Origin: Marsupella aquatica
Taxonomy: Eukaryota; Plantae; Marchantiophyta
Direction of reading: 5' to 3'
DNA: 64,000 nt
NCBI GenBank assembly: GCA_973895155.1
Contig: OZ316899.1
Location: 6,885,241-6,949,240, forward strand
Shown: one piece after another, positions 12,108-24,528 of the stretch
Layout: every line of letters starts with the position of its first letter
Numbering within the stretch: position 1 is the stretch's first letter
Notes under the pieces: generated by a model
What the model was told of the DNA's origin: nothing
The model's database searches: none
What the model saw: the letters and a program-made list of their open reading frames with translations, nothing else
Translations under genes and position numbers: made by a program

Positions 12108-15100
12108 GTGGACAAAGGCAACCGTGCTAGGAGAGACATCCACGACAGCCGAGATGAAGAGGAAGGGGAACAACAACGAAGAGGCCACCCCAGAAAAAAG
12201 AATGCGGTCGGCGGCACCAAAGAAGCCAGCAGAACAACAGAGCAAGAGGCAAAGAGAAGCCGAGGAGGAGGAGGAGGGTGTCCAACAAACGATGACACCT
12301 GGAAAGGCTGGGCGGCGACCCTACCGGAGGAAGTGCAATTACACTTTGCACGGGAGGAGGATGCATGTTTTACAGCCATGCAGACCAAGAAGTACCAAGG
12401 CTTCATGGCCGGATCCGGCTTGGAAGCCTTCGTAAGATTACCATGGCTGAAGCCGGAGGTGCCGGACTCAGACTTGTTAGAATTCGTGGGATCATGGGAA
12501 CCCGAGACCAATTCCATGAGGGTGTATGGGAAGGATTTCTATCTCACTCCCCGGGTGATTGCTGAAGTGTTTGGCTTGCCGATGGGTAATAAGACCAAGG
12601 TTGATACCAGGAAGACCTTACTTGACAAGGAGTTTCGGTCGTTCCCAGGACCATCAACAAAGAATGGCTTCTTTCGGAACACCTGCACCAACCCGCACAT
12701 CGGAGAGATGATCAATTTCTTGCGGGTGACCATGCACTGTAACTTGCCGAGGGCAGAGATCGGCAAGGCTCAGGTCTACCTGGCAGAAAGGCCAGACCCA
12801 AGCCGGGATTACAACGGGTACCTCCTCAACCAACTGAAGAAGATCTTGAAGGAGGAACAGCAGGTGATCGGCGTGGGAAGCGTGTCCCGGCTTGGCTATC
12901 ACATGCCGCTGTTGTGCCGGTATGCCAGAAGTCAAATCTTTGCCCCAGTACTTCCCCTATCGGCAAGAGCACCGGAGGAGGTCCCGGAGCAGAGGCCGGC
13001 ACCAGAGAAGCCCAACCAGCCTGACAGTCCGACAATCGAGCAAGTGTTTAGACCAAGGAAAGAAGACTTGCCGATGCAGCAACCAGGCATGCAGAATCTG
13101 CTGAAATTGCTGGAGAAGGAAAGGAGAACAGTTCCGGCAACGGCAACAGCAACAGCAACGGCACCGATACAGGATGCTGCCCCAGAATCCGACCTAAGCC
13201 GGCTTACAAGGGAAAACCCCTTTACTGGAGTCAAGGAGAGAGGGAGGCCGGAACACGAGCCGGGAGTCCGGATGTATGTAGGAGCCTCAAGTCCCAAAGC
13301 CGAGGAAAAGCAGGTCGTAGCTCCCGGCCACGACAAGGAGAACAAGAGATCAACACGGAAACCGGAGGAGGAACCAAGACCGGTGAGAGGTGAAGCCGTG
13401 TTCACGACAAAACCAGGAGAACAGCGGGAGAAGCCGGTAGTCCAAGCCGAGGAGGAGGCGATAGAGGACTACAGCAATGATGACTCCGGCTACGGGTCGG
13501 ATCATCATGTTCCAAGAGTAAGGACCTGTGGCCGGTTCATCCCCACGCTCCCAAGAGTAGTTTGAGGAGACCCAAGCCAGCAGAGCAGCCCCGACTCTCC
13601 CCCACCAGATGTCGCTCCCCCGAGCTTTGACGGCATAAAACAGACAGCGCAGGAATTTCAGGAGCGAATCAGGGAGGAAGAGGAGGCAGCCCTGGCTAGG
13701 GAAAAGGATTTACCAGGAGGAGAATGGCCAGAGGACATCAGGCGGCTTGCAGAAAAACGAAGCAACCCTCTTGCCACCGTACAAGAAATCCGCAAGACGG
13801 CTTGGGAGCAGAGGCCGCGGTGGTTGATGCCGATGACTTCTAGTTTCTCCACCTATGCTAAGGATAGAGCCATGGAGTACGGGGAAATGTATGGAGAGCT
13901 GGCGCTCAACATCTTTGGGGAGGAGTTGGAGCAAGGACCCTTTTTCCAGAGGGAGATGTTGGAGAAGCGCCAATTAGAAGAAGCGGTGGCTTTGGAAAGA
14001 AGCAAGAAGGACGAGGTCATCCATCGGCTTAGGGCAAGAGAAGCCGAAATCAAAGACCTGAGGGCGGCCAAGAAAGCCCAAGATGAGCTGCGGATTAAGC
14101 GGCATGAGCTAAATATCATGCAGGGCCAATTGGATACCGCACAGTCTGATAATCGGATTATCGAGAATAAACTGACTCAAACCCAAGGAGAGTTGGCCGA
14201 TGCGATCAAGGAGCGGGAGAAGTGGAAGCGAGAGCTGAGGGATGCAGAGGAGGCCCACATAACGGCCAACAACCGGGCCATGGCGGAGACCCAGAGAAGG
14301 GAAAGGGCATTGAAGGGGGAGCTCGAGGTTATCCGCAGAGCCCTTGAGAAGAAGGAGGCCGAGTTAGGGAAATCCTATCAAGGGATTATTGCGCTGCAGC
14401 AGGAGCTTGCGTCCCTGACGGCCAGCTTCAAAGCCGACCTGCGTGAGAAGGACAATATGCTCGATCAGACTTACGCCAAGATGAACCAGATGGAGTCTGT
14501 CATCATTGCAGAGCTCGACAAGGAGTTAAGAGCGACCCAGGAGGAGAGAGCTGTGTTTAAAAAGGAATTGGAGGAAGCCCAGAAGGAGCTGGAGGAGGCG
14601 CGCAAGGACCTGGATGAAGTGCAGGAGGAGTTGGAGGAAAGCACGCGGAAGCTAGAGAACTCACAACGACGAGCCGACAACCAAACGGAGCGGCTGAAGA
14701 AACAAGCCGCAGTATTTAAGTGCTTGGCTTCATCAGGGCCAACTCAAATTGAGGCCACTAAGTTACCAGGAGTGGTACTGGCCGAAGGACAAACCGCGCC
14801 ATTTGCACCAGTGCCGGAAGTAAGTGAGAAGGGGAAGGGGCCAGCTGCCGAACCAGAAAAGAAGAAGAACGGAAAACTTCAGGGTCAAGGAGTAATACGG
14901 CTCCACAGGCCGTGGTGACCATGGAGGTAAACCCAACACCGACCTCAGGCAGGATTACGACAGAGGCTCCAACTACCCTAGAAGAAGGGGATGACAAAGC
15001 CGAGGCCAGGATACTCGGTAATGAAGCCGAGGCTGAGGCCGTAGCTGAGGCTGATGTTGAAGCCGATACCGTAGCCGATGCCGGGGGTGGACCCAGTCAG

Positions 15101-15217
15101 GCCGATGGAGAGTTGACTCAGTCAAGGACAGGTAATCTGTCAGAGAACGAACCTACGGCAGTGGCTGAGGAGGAAGCATTGGGGGCGTCCACTAGGGAAC
15201 AGACACCGCTGCCATGA
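12108..15217 (+). pseudogene. LTR-retrotransposon accessory-type gene: N-terminal plant-transposon/PMD-like domain + long coiled coil
   Basis: ORFs 12108-13565, 13824-14918 and 14912-15217 join across a stop and a frameshift. GLEAFVRLPW...LLEFVGSW...LTPRVIAEVFGLP motif; heptad E/K/L-rich coiled coil. Confidence 0.55.
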
Positions 15218-15614
15218 CGGTGGTGGAGGGCCGCTCCTTTCAAGGAGGGCGGACGTGGAGGGAGGAGGCGTGAGTGGGCAGGGCGGGCTCAGATCTCTAA
15301 GTTTAGGATTAGGATCAGGACCAGGAGGCGGCCCTGACACTTAGCTTAGTGGGATTGCGGTTCCACTGGTAAGAGCAACACTTGTACTCCTGCCTCGCTG
15401 TACATAGGTAGATTCAGTTAGGTAGATTAGGCTTACGCTGCAAAGAATTAGGCGGATCCACTACCAGGATAAGTACCTGGGCAGCGGGGAGCTCAGGGCC
15501 TCTTCTTTAGCAAGTTTTTAGTTGCACCAGCCGGGCTGGGATCAAGTAGTAAGAAAAGCTCTCGATTAGTCATACAGTGACCCTTGTGTATATTCATGTT
15601 TCCTCATGCCTAAG

Positions 15615-16120
15615 AGCTGAATAGAGTTGGCCTCACGGCTTAGTTCGCAGAGCTTGTGTATGAGATGTACTATTTGTATGGCAAGTGCATGGTATGACTC
15701 AGTCAGAAGGAGTCATTTTGCTATTTGTGTGTCGCATTAACTTGAGTGAAGAGTGCCCACATCAACTAATAGATGAAGGAAAGTAAGCAAGGGAGTGAGA
15801 GTTGGATGTGTTGAGCTGAGAGAGGTCTTAGCGGCTTAACCAAGCCTATTGGGGATCATTCCGGCGGCGGAATCCAAATATACCTAACAAGGAGGGGAAG
15901 ACAAGGGAAGGCCTAGATTAGGCTGGATACGTATCTCATGACCCGATGAAGGATTTGTCCAGTATATGTGTGTAAGTTGTTAATAGTATTAGTAGAAGGA
16001 GGTTAGCAGCGTCCCATGCCACTAAGCCGCGAAAATGGCCTCGCCAAGCGCGAAACCTGCGGGAATCGGCTTGTGAAGGGGGGTTTCTGGGGTTTAGGGA
16101 GCCATGGGACGCACCACACA
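15615..16120. repeat. Dispersed ~500-bp repeat (LTR/UTR-like), inverted copy at 60022-60527
   Basis: For example, GGGTTTAGGGAGCCATGGGACGCACCACAC here is the reverse complement of GTGTGGTGCGTCCCATGGCTCCCTAAACCC at ~60025; collinear throughout. Confidence 0.85.
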
Positions 16121-16245
16121 TGGTGAATAGGACCCGATGCAACGGGGGAGAATTCAGTCTTGTTTAAGTTTTTCCTTTTCATGCCTCGAGTATTTGGTGA
16201 TGTTACAAGAATAGTGTCATGCCGATGGGAGTCTTGTGCTGAGAT

Positions 16246-16269
16246 TTTAGGGTTTAGGGTTTAGGGTTT
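16246..16269 (+). repeat. Interstitial telomeric repeat (TTTAGGG)3-TTT
   Basis: Exact plant telomere repeat at an insertion junction. Confidence 0.85.
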
Positions 16270-16628
16270 GACCTTTCCTCTTCATAGACTTTGTGGTAAC
16301 ATCCCCATTGAGAGGGCCATTCCTTTCCAGGTTGAATTCAGCCGCACCGGAAAGAAGCATATTGGAAGCATCTTAGAAAAGTTTTGAAGAACCCGCCTGG
16401 TCTGCCGAACGGAATGCCAATTCCCAAATTGTAGGTCCGGTTCCTCGGTTAAGACCTCTCTTATACGCCGTATACGCAGCAACTTGTGAAAGAGCCCTAT
16501 TTTGATCCATCTCACATGCTTAAAAAAGACCAGCCTTTTTCTTAGTTTGCCAAGCCTTCATTATGGAACGTGCCGCCTCTGAAGTAGTACAGTTAGGAAT
16601 CATAGCGCTTTCCTCTACGCTTTTGTTC
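16270..16628 (-). pseudogene. Transposase exon-2 start of copy A (third catalytic E region)
   Basis: Manual translation NKSVEESAMIPNCTTSEAARSIMKAWQTKKKAGLF*ACEMDQNRALSQV...GPTIWELAFRSADQAG matches 36175-36480; preceded by the acceptor TTTTATGCAG. Confidence 0.85.
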
Positions 16629-17182
16629 TGCATAAAACATTTGGAAATATGACTTAGTCACTGCATTCAATAAAGAAACGTTTGAACCAAATCACTTTGT
16701 AAGGTTTTCGGGTTTAATCAATGCTAGCGCCTGGCGCTACCACCATTCACACTAGAATATGGACAAATACGAGTAACAAGTGCTTAATAAAAACTAGCGC
16801 CGGGCGCTAGTATCAAAACTCGGGAAAATATTGGAGTGGAACTAGGACACGAATGTCACTGGAAATAATGATAGCGCCAGGCGCTAGTATGACTTTGTTT
16901 GATTCCTTCTTTTAAAATGTTGATTTTGAGTGTTTGCTTGTTTATGGATGTTGAAACTCACCAAACAAATGAAATTTGCCCATAGGTTCTTGAAGTTCGA
17001 ATCTGAAACCATCTGGACCTGTCTTACCTTGAGTACACAAACGATGTCTCACTGAGGTCATGAATAGACAGTAACATAGTAAAAAGTGACTCACGATTAA
17101 ACATAATATAAGAGTCATCGGTATCCAAATGACAGACAGACTCTCACCCGCTATGACGACCATACAATCACTTTAATGTTGT

Positions 17183-17659
17183 CCCGGATATGCAACTCTT
17201 GTATAATCGGCAGGGGTCTACATTTTTATATGGACTAAAAAGTTGGCTATACAAAATAATAAAATTTCAAAAAACTTGGGTTTTCCACTTTTTAAAATTT
17301 TCAAGTCATGTAAAAGGGTTGGTTTTCTTCCTTTTCCATATGAAATTAAAAAATATTCCTACACATGCTGGAATTTTTATTAAAAGATTTTTAAAATTTT
17401 AATAAAAATCCTGAAAAGCTGGCTAGTTTGGCTGTAGACCCCCCTGTATTAAAAAAAACCCATATAATTTGGTTTTGATCAACTTTTAGTACATCAAAAC
17501 ATGTTTGGTTTTCTTTTTAAGTTACATTTTTGGATTCCTTAAGTTGAGAGGTACAAGATTTTAGAAGACTAAAATAAAATCTAAGATGGTCAATTGGATA
17601 TATGGCCATTATAAGGAATTAAAAACTTGCCTTATAAAAAGGGGAGTTGCATACCCGGG
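17183..17659. mobile_element. MITE / non-autonomous TIR element (477 bp)
   Basis: TIRs CCCGGATATGCAACTC / GAGTTGCATACCCGGG (15/16 match); 8-bp TSD AATGTTGT at 17175-17182 and 17660-17667; AT-rich interior. Confidence 0.9.
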
Positions 17660-17859
17660 AATGTTGTATGTTACATATCTTAATAAAAAGCGAGACCTCA
17701 GCAAAACACAATCTACACACCTCTGATGGACGAGTGAGATAGTACACTATCACAAACATATGACGTTGTGTACAGTTCAGTGACATAAACTGATGACCTT
17801 ACAGTACTCTCGACAGTACTACACTTGCCATTGACATTGGGACCACCGCTTATCAATAA

Positions 17860-20194
17860 ATGATATACAAAGTAAGAATTGTGTACATCACAATCTCGGT
17901 TCTGACTTATAACTTTGCTATGGTACGTGACAAATACATATATGCAGAGGAATACTATACTCACAACACACAAGGAGAAATTACGACTGATGATGGAGCG
18001 GATCCTCCCCAAAGACAAATCATCATCCTACCACATGGTTGTCGTTCAATTACTCGTACCAGAAGACAAAACATCTTGGGATATGTACATATGACATACG
18101 TCAACCGTGGGATGGAATGGATACACATTAAATCCCTATTTGGTGAATTCCTCACCCAATAGGATCTCCACGAACAAGCACTAGCCTTGGAGGACATCGT
18201 ATTTGGGTGGAGACACCTACAACCGATCTCATCAACAATATATCTCCCGAAGATGGTATTTTGTGACTTTGAGATCTCATCCCTCACGGAGCAATGTCAC
18301 ACATGCGTATGCAACCAGAACAGATTCATTCCATACGTGGACCCTCTGACTATCACAAACAACACTGGCCCACATGTACGTTCAACAGTTTTGACTCTAA
18401 TACATCACAAGGCGCTAAGAGATATCCTGACATGTGGTCTTAACCATATCCCATTGCAACCGACAATGTTCTCAGAAATACAACAAGAAATCAGAAATAC
18501 TTGGTTACAAACTCCACAGCTCCTTGAGCTATCATCAGAGGACATCGCAAATGGTTTAACGTGGATACTACAACAAACGGACAAGCTCATGAATGGGAGC
18601 CAAAAACAATCAGGGAGGACATTGAATATCATCACGGCATGTACTACCAGACAATGCAATGGATGAGCTCCGGTACCTCTCAGAAAGATTTTTCATGGCT
18701 GGACTGGACAAAGCTAATAATAATATTGCTATCATATGTGTACCACATATTCGGAGCATGGCACTTGAACGCCTACAAGAGGTGGACTTCATACCCCTCC
18801 CGACAGATATCGAAACCACTATGATGGAAATACAGACAGCGATGAACCAATTGCTCCCTGAAATCAAATTCAGATATCTTGGACTTCCATATATGATGGC
18901 ATCATATAAGCTCCATAAGCAAAAATACCGCTGGATCACTAGAGCATCCAACTGCATTTTTTCTGGTCTAGCTAGTCTCATCACCCATACCCTTAAGCTC
19001 CTACTGACGGAGATAAGGGAATGGTCTGCCCAACAAGCCCATGCGGTGGACCTTGTTACTGGAACTCAGTGCAACTTCTTCTGGATGATTGAATCCATGT
19101 TCAAATTTGTTCTCAATCTACCACCAAAAATCCATAGTATGTTTGTAGCAGACATAACCAGATGCTACGAGATGATTCCTCTGACCGGGGATGATAATCT
19201 CCCACATGCGCTAACATACATTGTCAAAAAAGCATTTACACACCATCGTGGTAAATCGCCCCATGAAAGCATATGGGTACATTTCGACACCAATTCGGGC
19301 CTTGCAGACAAAGCACAATGGAGTAAAAAGGTTCCTGGCACAACTTGTTGGATTGAGATGAAAGAGAATCGATTCATATTGCTCCAAAACTGGCTAATTC
19401 ATCACTGCTACATTCGCCTGGGAGACCATACATGGCACCAACAAACAGGCATTCCTATGGGCTTCTCATGCTCCCCGCTATGGTGCAATTTGTACTTTGT
19501 CAGCTATGAAATTTGATTCATGCTACGACTTGCACGGCTGAAACAATACGATCTGATGAAATGCTTCAAGTTTACATACCGATATATTCATGACTTCTGT
19601 ACAATCAACAACAATCAGATCAAGCAATTTCTACGAGCAGAGGAACCTCGAGTTGATAATAATCCATTCTGGATCTACCCACTGGGAATTGTGGAAATCC
19701 AAGCGGAACTTGATTCTACTAAGCCAGAGGACCCATTCTGGGATACTAAAGGACATTTCTTGAATGTGCAAATAGAAGTCTTGGACACCACCAATGGCAC
19801 ATACACGACATCAAAATTTGACAAACGACGAAGTTTACCGTTTCCGTTCCATCAGTACATCCAATTCAAATCCAACCGACCAGTACAGCAGGCCTACAAC
19901 ATCACCATTTCACAGATGGTACCCATTCTATATATGGCTAGTACACGACTGGCAATGACCAAACTTAACATACTGGCTAGTACACTGGGCGCCAATGGGT
20001 TTGCAATACCTCGGATATACCGCCGGATGCTACGGTTTTGTGTCAACCAAGCAATACCTGGAATCCGGTTTGACCTCTCACAACTCATCATGCTACTACA
20101 AGAACAGGCATTCAAACCAGAAGGACCATTGCCAACAAATAGACGACGGGTGAGATCGTTACATAATGAGACACCGTTGAGTGCTGGTAAATGA
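17860..20194 (+). pseudogene. Penelope-like retroelement reverse transcriptase (Naiad/Chlamys-like)
   Basis: DKANNNIAIIC; LPYMMASYKLHK; ADITRCYEMIP; QQTGIPMGFSCSP; YRYIHD (degenerate YIDD); IYPL; FDKRR. A few stops and frameshifts. Confidence 0.85.
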
Positions 20195-20633
20195 CAGGAT
20201 GATACCGTTCATATAGAATACTCATACTCCATCATGTGAGCACTATGGACTTTGATTGAGCGTATGAATTATGAACGCGGCATACATAGAGGTTGATCAT
20301 GTTTGAGAATCATGGATAGATATACGATACATTAGGATCTATAAAAAGAGGAATATGAGTGCTTGTATCGAATGATCAGGGCAAAATGGGCCTACAGATA
20401 CCCTCACGCATGTCTTTTGCTATAAATACAGAGCATCAACATGATGACACTTTACACAATGCTTGGATGCCAACATTATTTACACAAGGCAAATGAGATC
20501 AGCCGAATACAACAAAGAGCTTTCATAAGGGAGAATCCATATAAGGAGAGTATGGTATGCACTCCCTCTTGGGGTGAGTGCATGCCATACTCACCCTAAG
20601 GGGGAGCCACATGCCATGGGTATATGGTGGTGG

Positions 20634-20636
<3 letters not shown>

Positions 20637-20669
<33 letters not shown>
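20637..20669. repeat. (CT)n microsatellite
   Basis: About 16 CT units; a shorter run occurs at ~21885-21900. Confidence 0.95.
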
Positions 20670-20672
<3 letters not shown>

Positions 20673-23044
20673 AGAATAAGCTGACGAGGAGAGGATCAGC
20701 CTTGGGATCAGCATTAGCATGAATATGCCTTTCCTCAACAACGAGGACATACAAGAGACAAAGTTGCATGACACTTGTAAAAGACAAGATACCTAAAATA
20801 TATTATATACGGATACAGCATAGGATACAATGCATATATAATATCCACAACCAATGCCCAAACAAAAAGCTTCCCGCTATACTATGACTACCATCTCAAC
20901 CGGTGATCTATCCACAGAATATTTGGGCCATCTATGCACAAGGCAATCTCAAAAGATTACCCTAAAATATGACCCAGCATAGCGGCGCTGCCTTCCGCAG
21001 GAATAGCCAGAAATATTCTATATCCATATGCCACTTCCTGCAGTCTATAGAGACACAAGGAATCACCAGAGAAACAACAAGGCATGGCAGCATGAGTATC
21101 GTGCGACACTGGCAGACAACACAAATGGCAAGCAGCTCGTGAGGGGCAGAGGATCGGAGCGCTCGAAGGAGAACGTGCAGTGAGCAACTAAATCAACAGC
21201 ATCTAGCTAACAGTCACTCGTGCTCACAATGAGCTCCCAAACGGTTCAGGTGCTACATCACAGACATGTAGCTGCATATCTAAAATGTTTGAATGTGCAA
21301 AATTACTTGAATGTCTGAATGTCGCCTCTGTATGAATAAATGACGATTTAGAATAAATAGAATGTTGTGGTGGCTCGCCTCTTTCCGGCCCATGTCTCCC
21401 CGCAGCCGTCTAGACATTGCTGCAGAAACATGGGACACAAAATCGTATGAATAAAATACGATCTCACTCTAGTGGCGGGGGCTGAACAAAGACACTGGAG
21501 GGGTGAATAGATATCGTCCGTCTATTCCTGGAGAGAGATTATGGCCTATGCTCAATGCTGTGGACACAGCATTAGAGTAATACTGTCACCCAGTACAGGC
21601 CCAGTGAATAATTTCACCTGGGTAATAGCGTAAGGAGTCTAACCTGTAAGCAAGGGAGATCTTTCACTGTCATAGAGGAAATTTATGCTTTGATATCGAT
21701 AACAGGTGAAATCCTATGTCAATGTCTTTATTAAAGGCTTGATAACTAAACTATCTCTATGGTGTAAATTTATGTTCATATGTATCTGTATACTCATGTT
21801 GTTGCACTACAAATCAATGGAACAGCGAACATGTGAACAATAAGACCTATTGTAGGGTGTTATCTATGTATATGGAAATGTAAATCTCTCTCTCTCTCTC
21901 GACCTCCGTTCCACATTGGAGAGAATTTTTTGGGGGCCCTTACCCGTGGTGCGTGTGAATTCAGCTTCTTTGGGGTTAAACCCTTTGTATTGTTGGGGGC
22001 CTATAAGGGGCATTTTTTGGCACTTTTTGTGTATACACACAAAGTGCGGGTGTGTATACACACATTACCTTGCCCCTCCCTGCCGTCGACACGTTACCCC
22101 CCCGTTCACCCTCCCCGCGTACACCACTCCCCGGCCATGGCCACGGAGCGCCGGCCGGTTACCCCACGCCCTCCCCATTTTTCCCCAACCCCGTCAGACC
22201 CTCACAGCCCGAGGGCTGCGCCCGCCTTGCACACCCTAAGCTCCCGACAGCCATTTCATGGCTGCACCCTCGCCGGCCCGCCCTTGCCTCCCAGTCCTGC
22301 CTTGCCGGTATGCGGCAGCATACTGCCGCCACCCAGTTTGCATACCCTGCCCTTGTACGCCTGATTTAAAAAAGGGGTCCCCAACCCCCGTTAGGCCCTT
22401 ATTTTCAATTCTTTTACTCCCTTCTGATTGGTAGCCACATCCCGGGACCTGTCGCCCTCCACTTTAACCGCTTGGATAGGGGGAACGGCCCCCTGTGAGC
22501 CTTGCTGCTCTGTGCAGGAATATTCCCCAAAATAGAGAGCGTGTTTTTGCCCGTTCGTCAAAGATTCCGTCCACCGAAAGGTAACTTTTTTCGTTCATCT
22601 TTGGCAAGTTGCTAGCCATCAAAGTTGGCAACGCGGTGCACAAATTGAATTGCATTTCTGACACCGGGTACTAGTTCACATTTTGATTATTCCCCGAGGT
22701 GGTCAAAACGGGGGAGAATTTCAAGTTTTATCCACCCCAAGCAAAAAGTGAATAACTTTTACGTCGGAGTTTGGTTTTGATTATGGTTTTCAGCATTGGA
22801 AAGCTAGGCTTGTGGGCTACGTGGCAGTGATAAGTTTTTGAGTTTTTTGAGAAGTTGAGAAAAATGTCATTTTTTCTTGCATTCTCACATGAGTGATTCG
22901 GAGGAGATTTTTGAAGACGGGGAGCTTGAAACACGAGGATCACCACATTGATTTGAGGTGGAGAAAGAGGAGCAAGAGGAAGCAAACATGACACCAGTAC
23001 GATCACCGGTGCAGCGAGTAGAGGGGGCTGTGAAGGAAAAAGAG

Positions 23045-23867
23045 ATGGCATCCAGGTTTGGAGGTGTCAAGTTTGAGGTGGAAAGTATGATGGGCATACG
23101 GACTACTTGCTCTGGGAGAAGCAAGTGAAAGGAGTTCTTTGTGCTATGGGCCTAGATCATCTTCTCTCTACACGAGAGATGTACAATGATGAGGAGAGAT
23201 TTCACTCATGAGGTGGAGGTAGGAACAAGTAATTGCAGTGAATGCGGTGATGCTTTATCTGAAGCCGCATATCATCAAGAAATTGGATGACTACGCGGAT
23301 TGTGCATCTCTATTCAAAGCTCTAAGGGAGAAGTACTATCGGGAGGATGCATCAGACCAATTGTACAAGAAGTCTCTATTGATGAGCCCTAGGTTCAAAG
23401 AGGGGAACAAGCTTCAGGATCACTTGGATGAATTCGACAGCCTAGCTGTTAATTTGTCTAATCTCGGTAAGGGCAATGAAGAAGAGGACAAGACCTTGCT
23501 TCTTCTCAGCTCCTTACCCCCATCTTATCAGGGTTTGAAGGAGGTTCTCTTATATAGAGACCTGAAGTCAATTTCATACGATGAGGTGGTAAGCTCTTTG
23601 CTGTCAAATGATGCACAAAAGAAATTGGGTCAAGCCCAGACAGCATCGTCATGTGGTGCTACCTTGAATATGAATCGTGGGAGGTCACAGCGGCGTCCCG
23701 AGCAGTGCATGAATGGCAAGGGACAAAATAAATCTAGGACAATATTTGCTTCAAGGTGGAAGTCCCAGGAGAGAAAGCCAGTAGTCTGCTGGAAGTGTCA
23801 CAAGGTTGGTCACGTTAAGAGGGATTGTAAGGGTAAGGCAGCTGAATCTTCATCAGCCAATGTGGCA
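23045..23867 (+). pseudogene. Copia #2 gag (interrupted right after the CCHC knuckle)
   Basis: GVKFEVE; LLLLSSLPPSY; CWKCHKVGHVKRDC. The frame SSANVA|SADGEVD resumes at 46350. Confidence 0.9.
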
Positions 23868-24528
23868 GGGAATTTACAAATGACAGCAAACAGATAACAG
23901 TAACAGCAAACAATTACTGTTATCAGCTAAAAGAAACTGTTACCAATGAACAGTGTTTGGGTAGCAGTGAACAATGATCATGAAAACAGTGGACTAAAGA
24001 TGCGTTTCAAACTACTGGTATAGAAATGAATACCATCAAATTCGCGTGAAAGGAAATTGGACTAGACGGAATCATGTATTTTACAACAAATAAAACCGTT
24101 TCACAATTGAGATAAACAAAATCCAAGACCAATATATGTCAAAATGCATAGGCTGGGAAAAAATAAAACTGCCATATACAATCGCAAAGTACATAACGCG
24201 TTCGGCGTAGGTCCAAAAAACGCCCATATAAGTTACAACCTGCAGGCCTGGAAATCTGATATACAAAAGCCATGGTAGACCCCGGCTGAGGATTTCCAGT
24301 AAAACAAAAGCAGCGCTCGGCGCTAGCCAACAACTGTAGGAAAAACTACGGAATTCCTGAAGACAACATCCGGGAAAAATCCTAACAACTAAGCCGAGGG
24401 CGACTCCATCCCAAAACATCGAAAGAGCTTAAGCAGCGCTCGGTGCTAGCTTAAAGTGATCACCAAACTGAACAATGCGATGCCATTCTTTGTGAAAAAC
24501 CGGAGGAACAAGCAATAAGTGATTGCAT

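Larger units (their letters stand above)
9746..16990 (-). mobile_element. Partial copy (copy A) of the Mutator-like ParB-MTase transposon family: one terminus plus the 3' half of the transposase, interrupted at ~11450-16269
   Basis: Terminus GGGCATCACC...AACAGGAACTGTTACCAG resembles the reverse complement of 46300-46349. Subterminal GTGGGTCCCACCATA is shared with ~38060. Palindromes at 10014, 10260, 16725, 16793 and 16872. Coding homology to 35930-37699. Confidence 0.8.

Noticed and set aside
13824-14918. Host myosin, SMC or tropomyosin-like gene
   Set aside because: Only a generic coiled coil; intronless, and part of a longer TE-type reading frame within repeats.
17700-21700. Hammerhead ribozyme associated with the Penelope-like element
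   Set aside because: CTGATGA/CTGACGA cores (17790, 20681) lack a properly placed stem II + GAAA by eye.
21900-22880. 5' LTR of Copia #2
   Set aside because: No match to 49869-50210 and no tRNA-Met PBS; the region looks like unrelated repeat fragments that I cannot classify.
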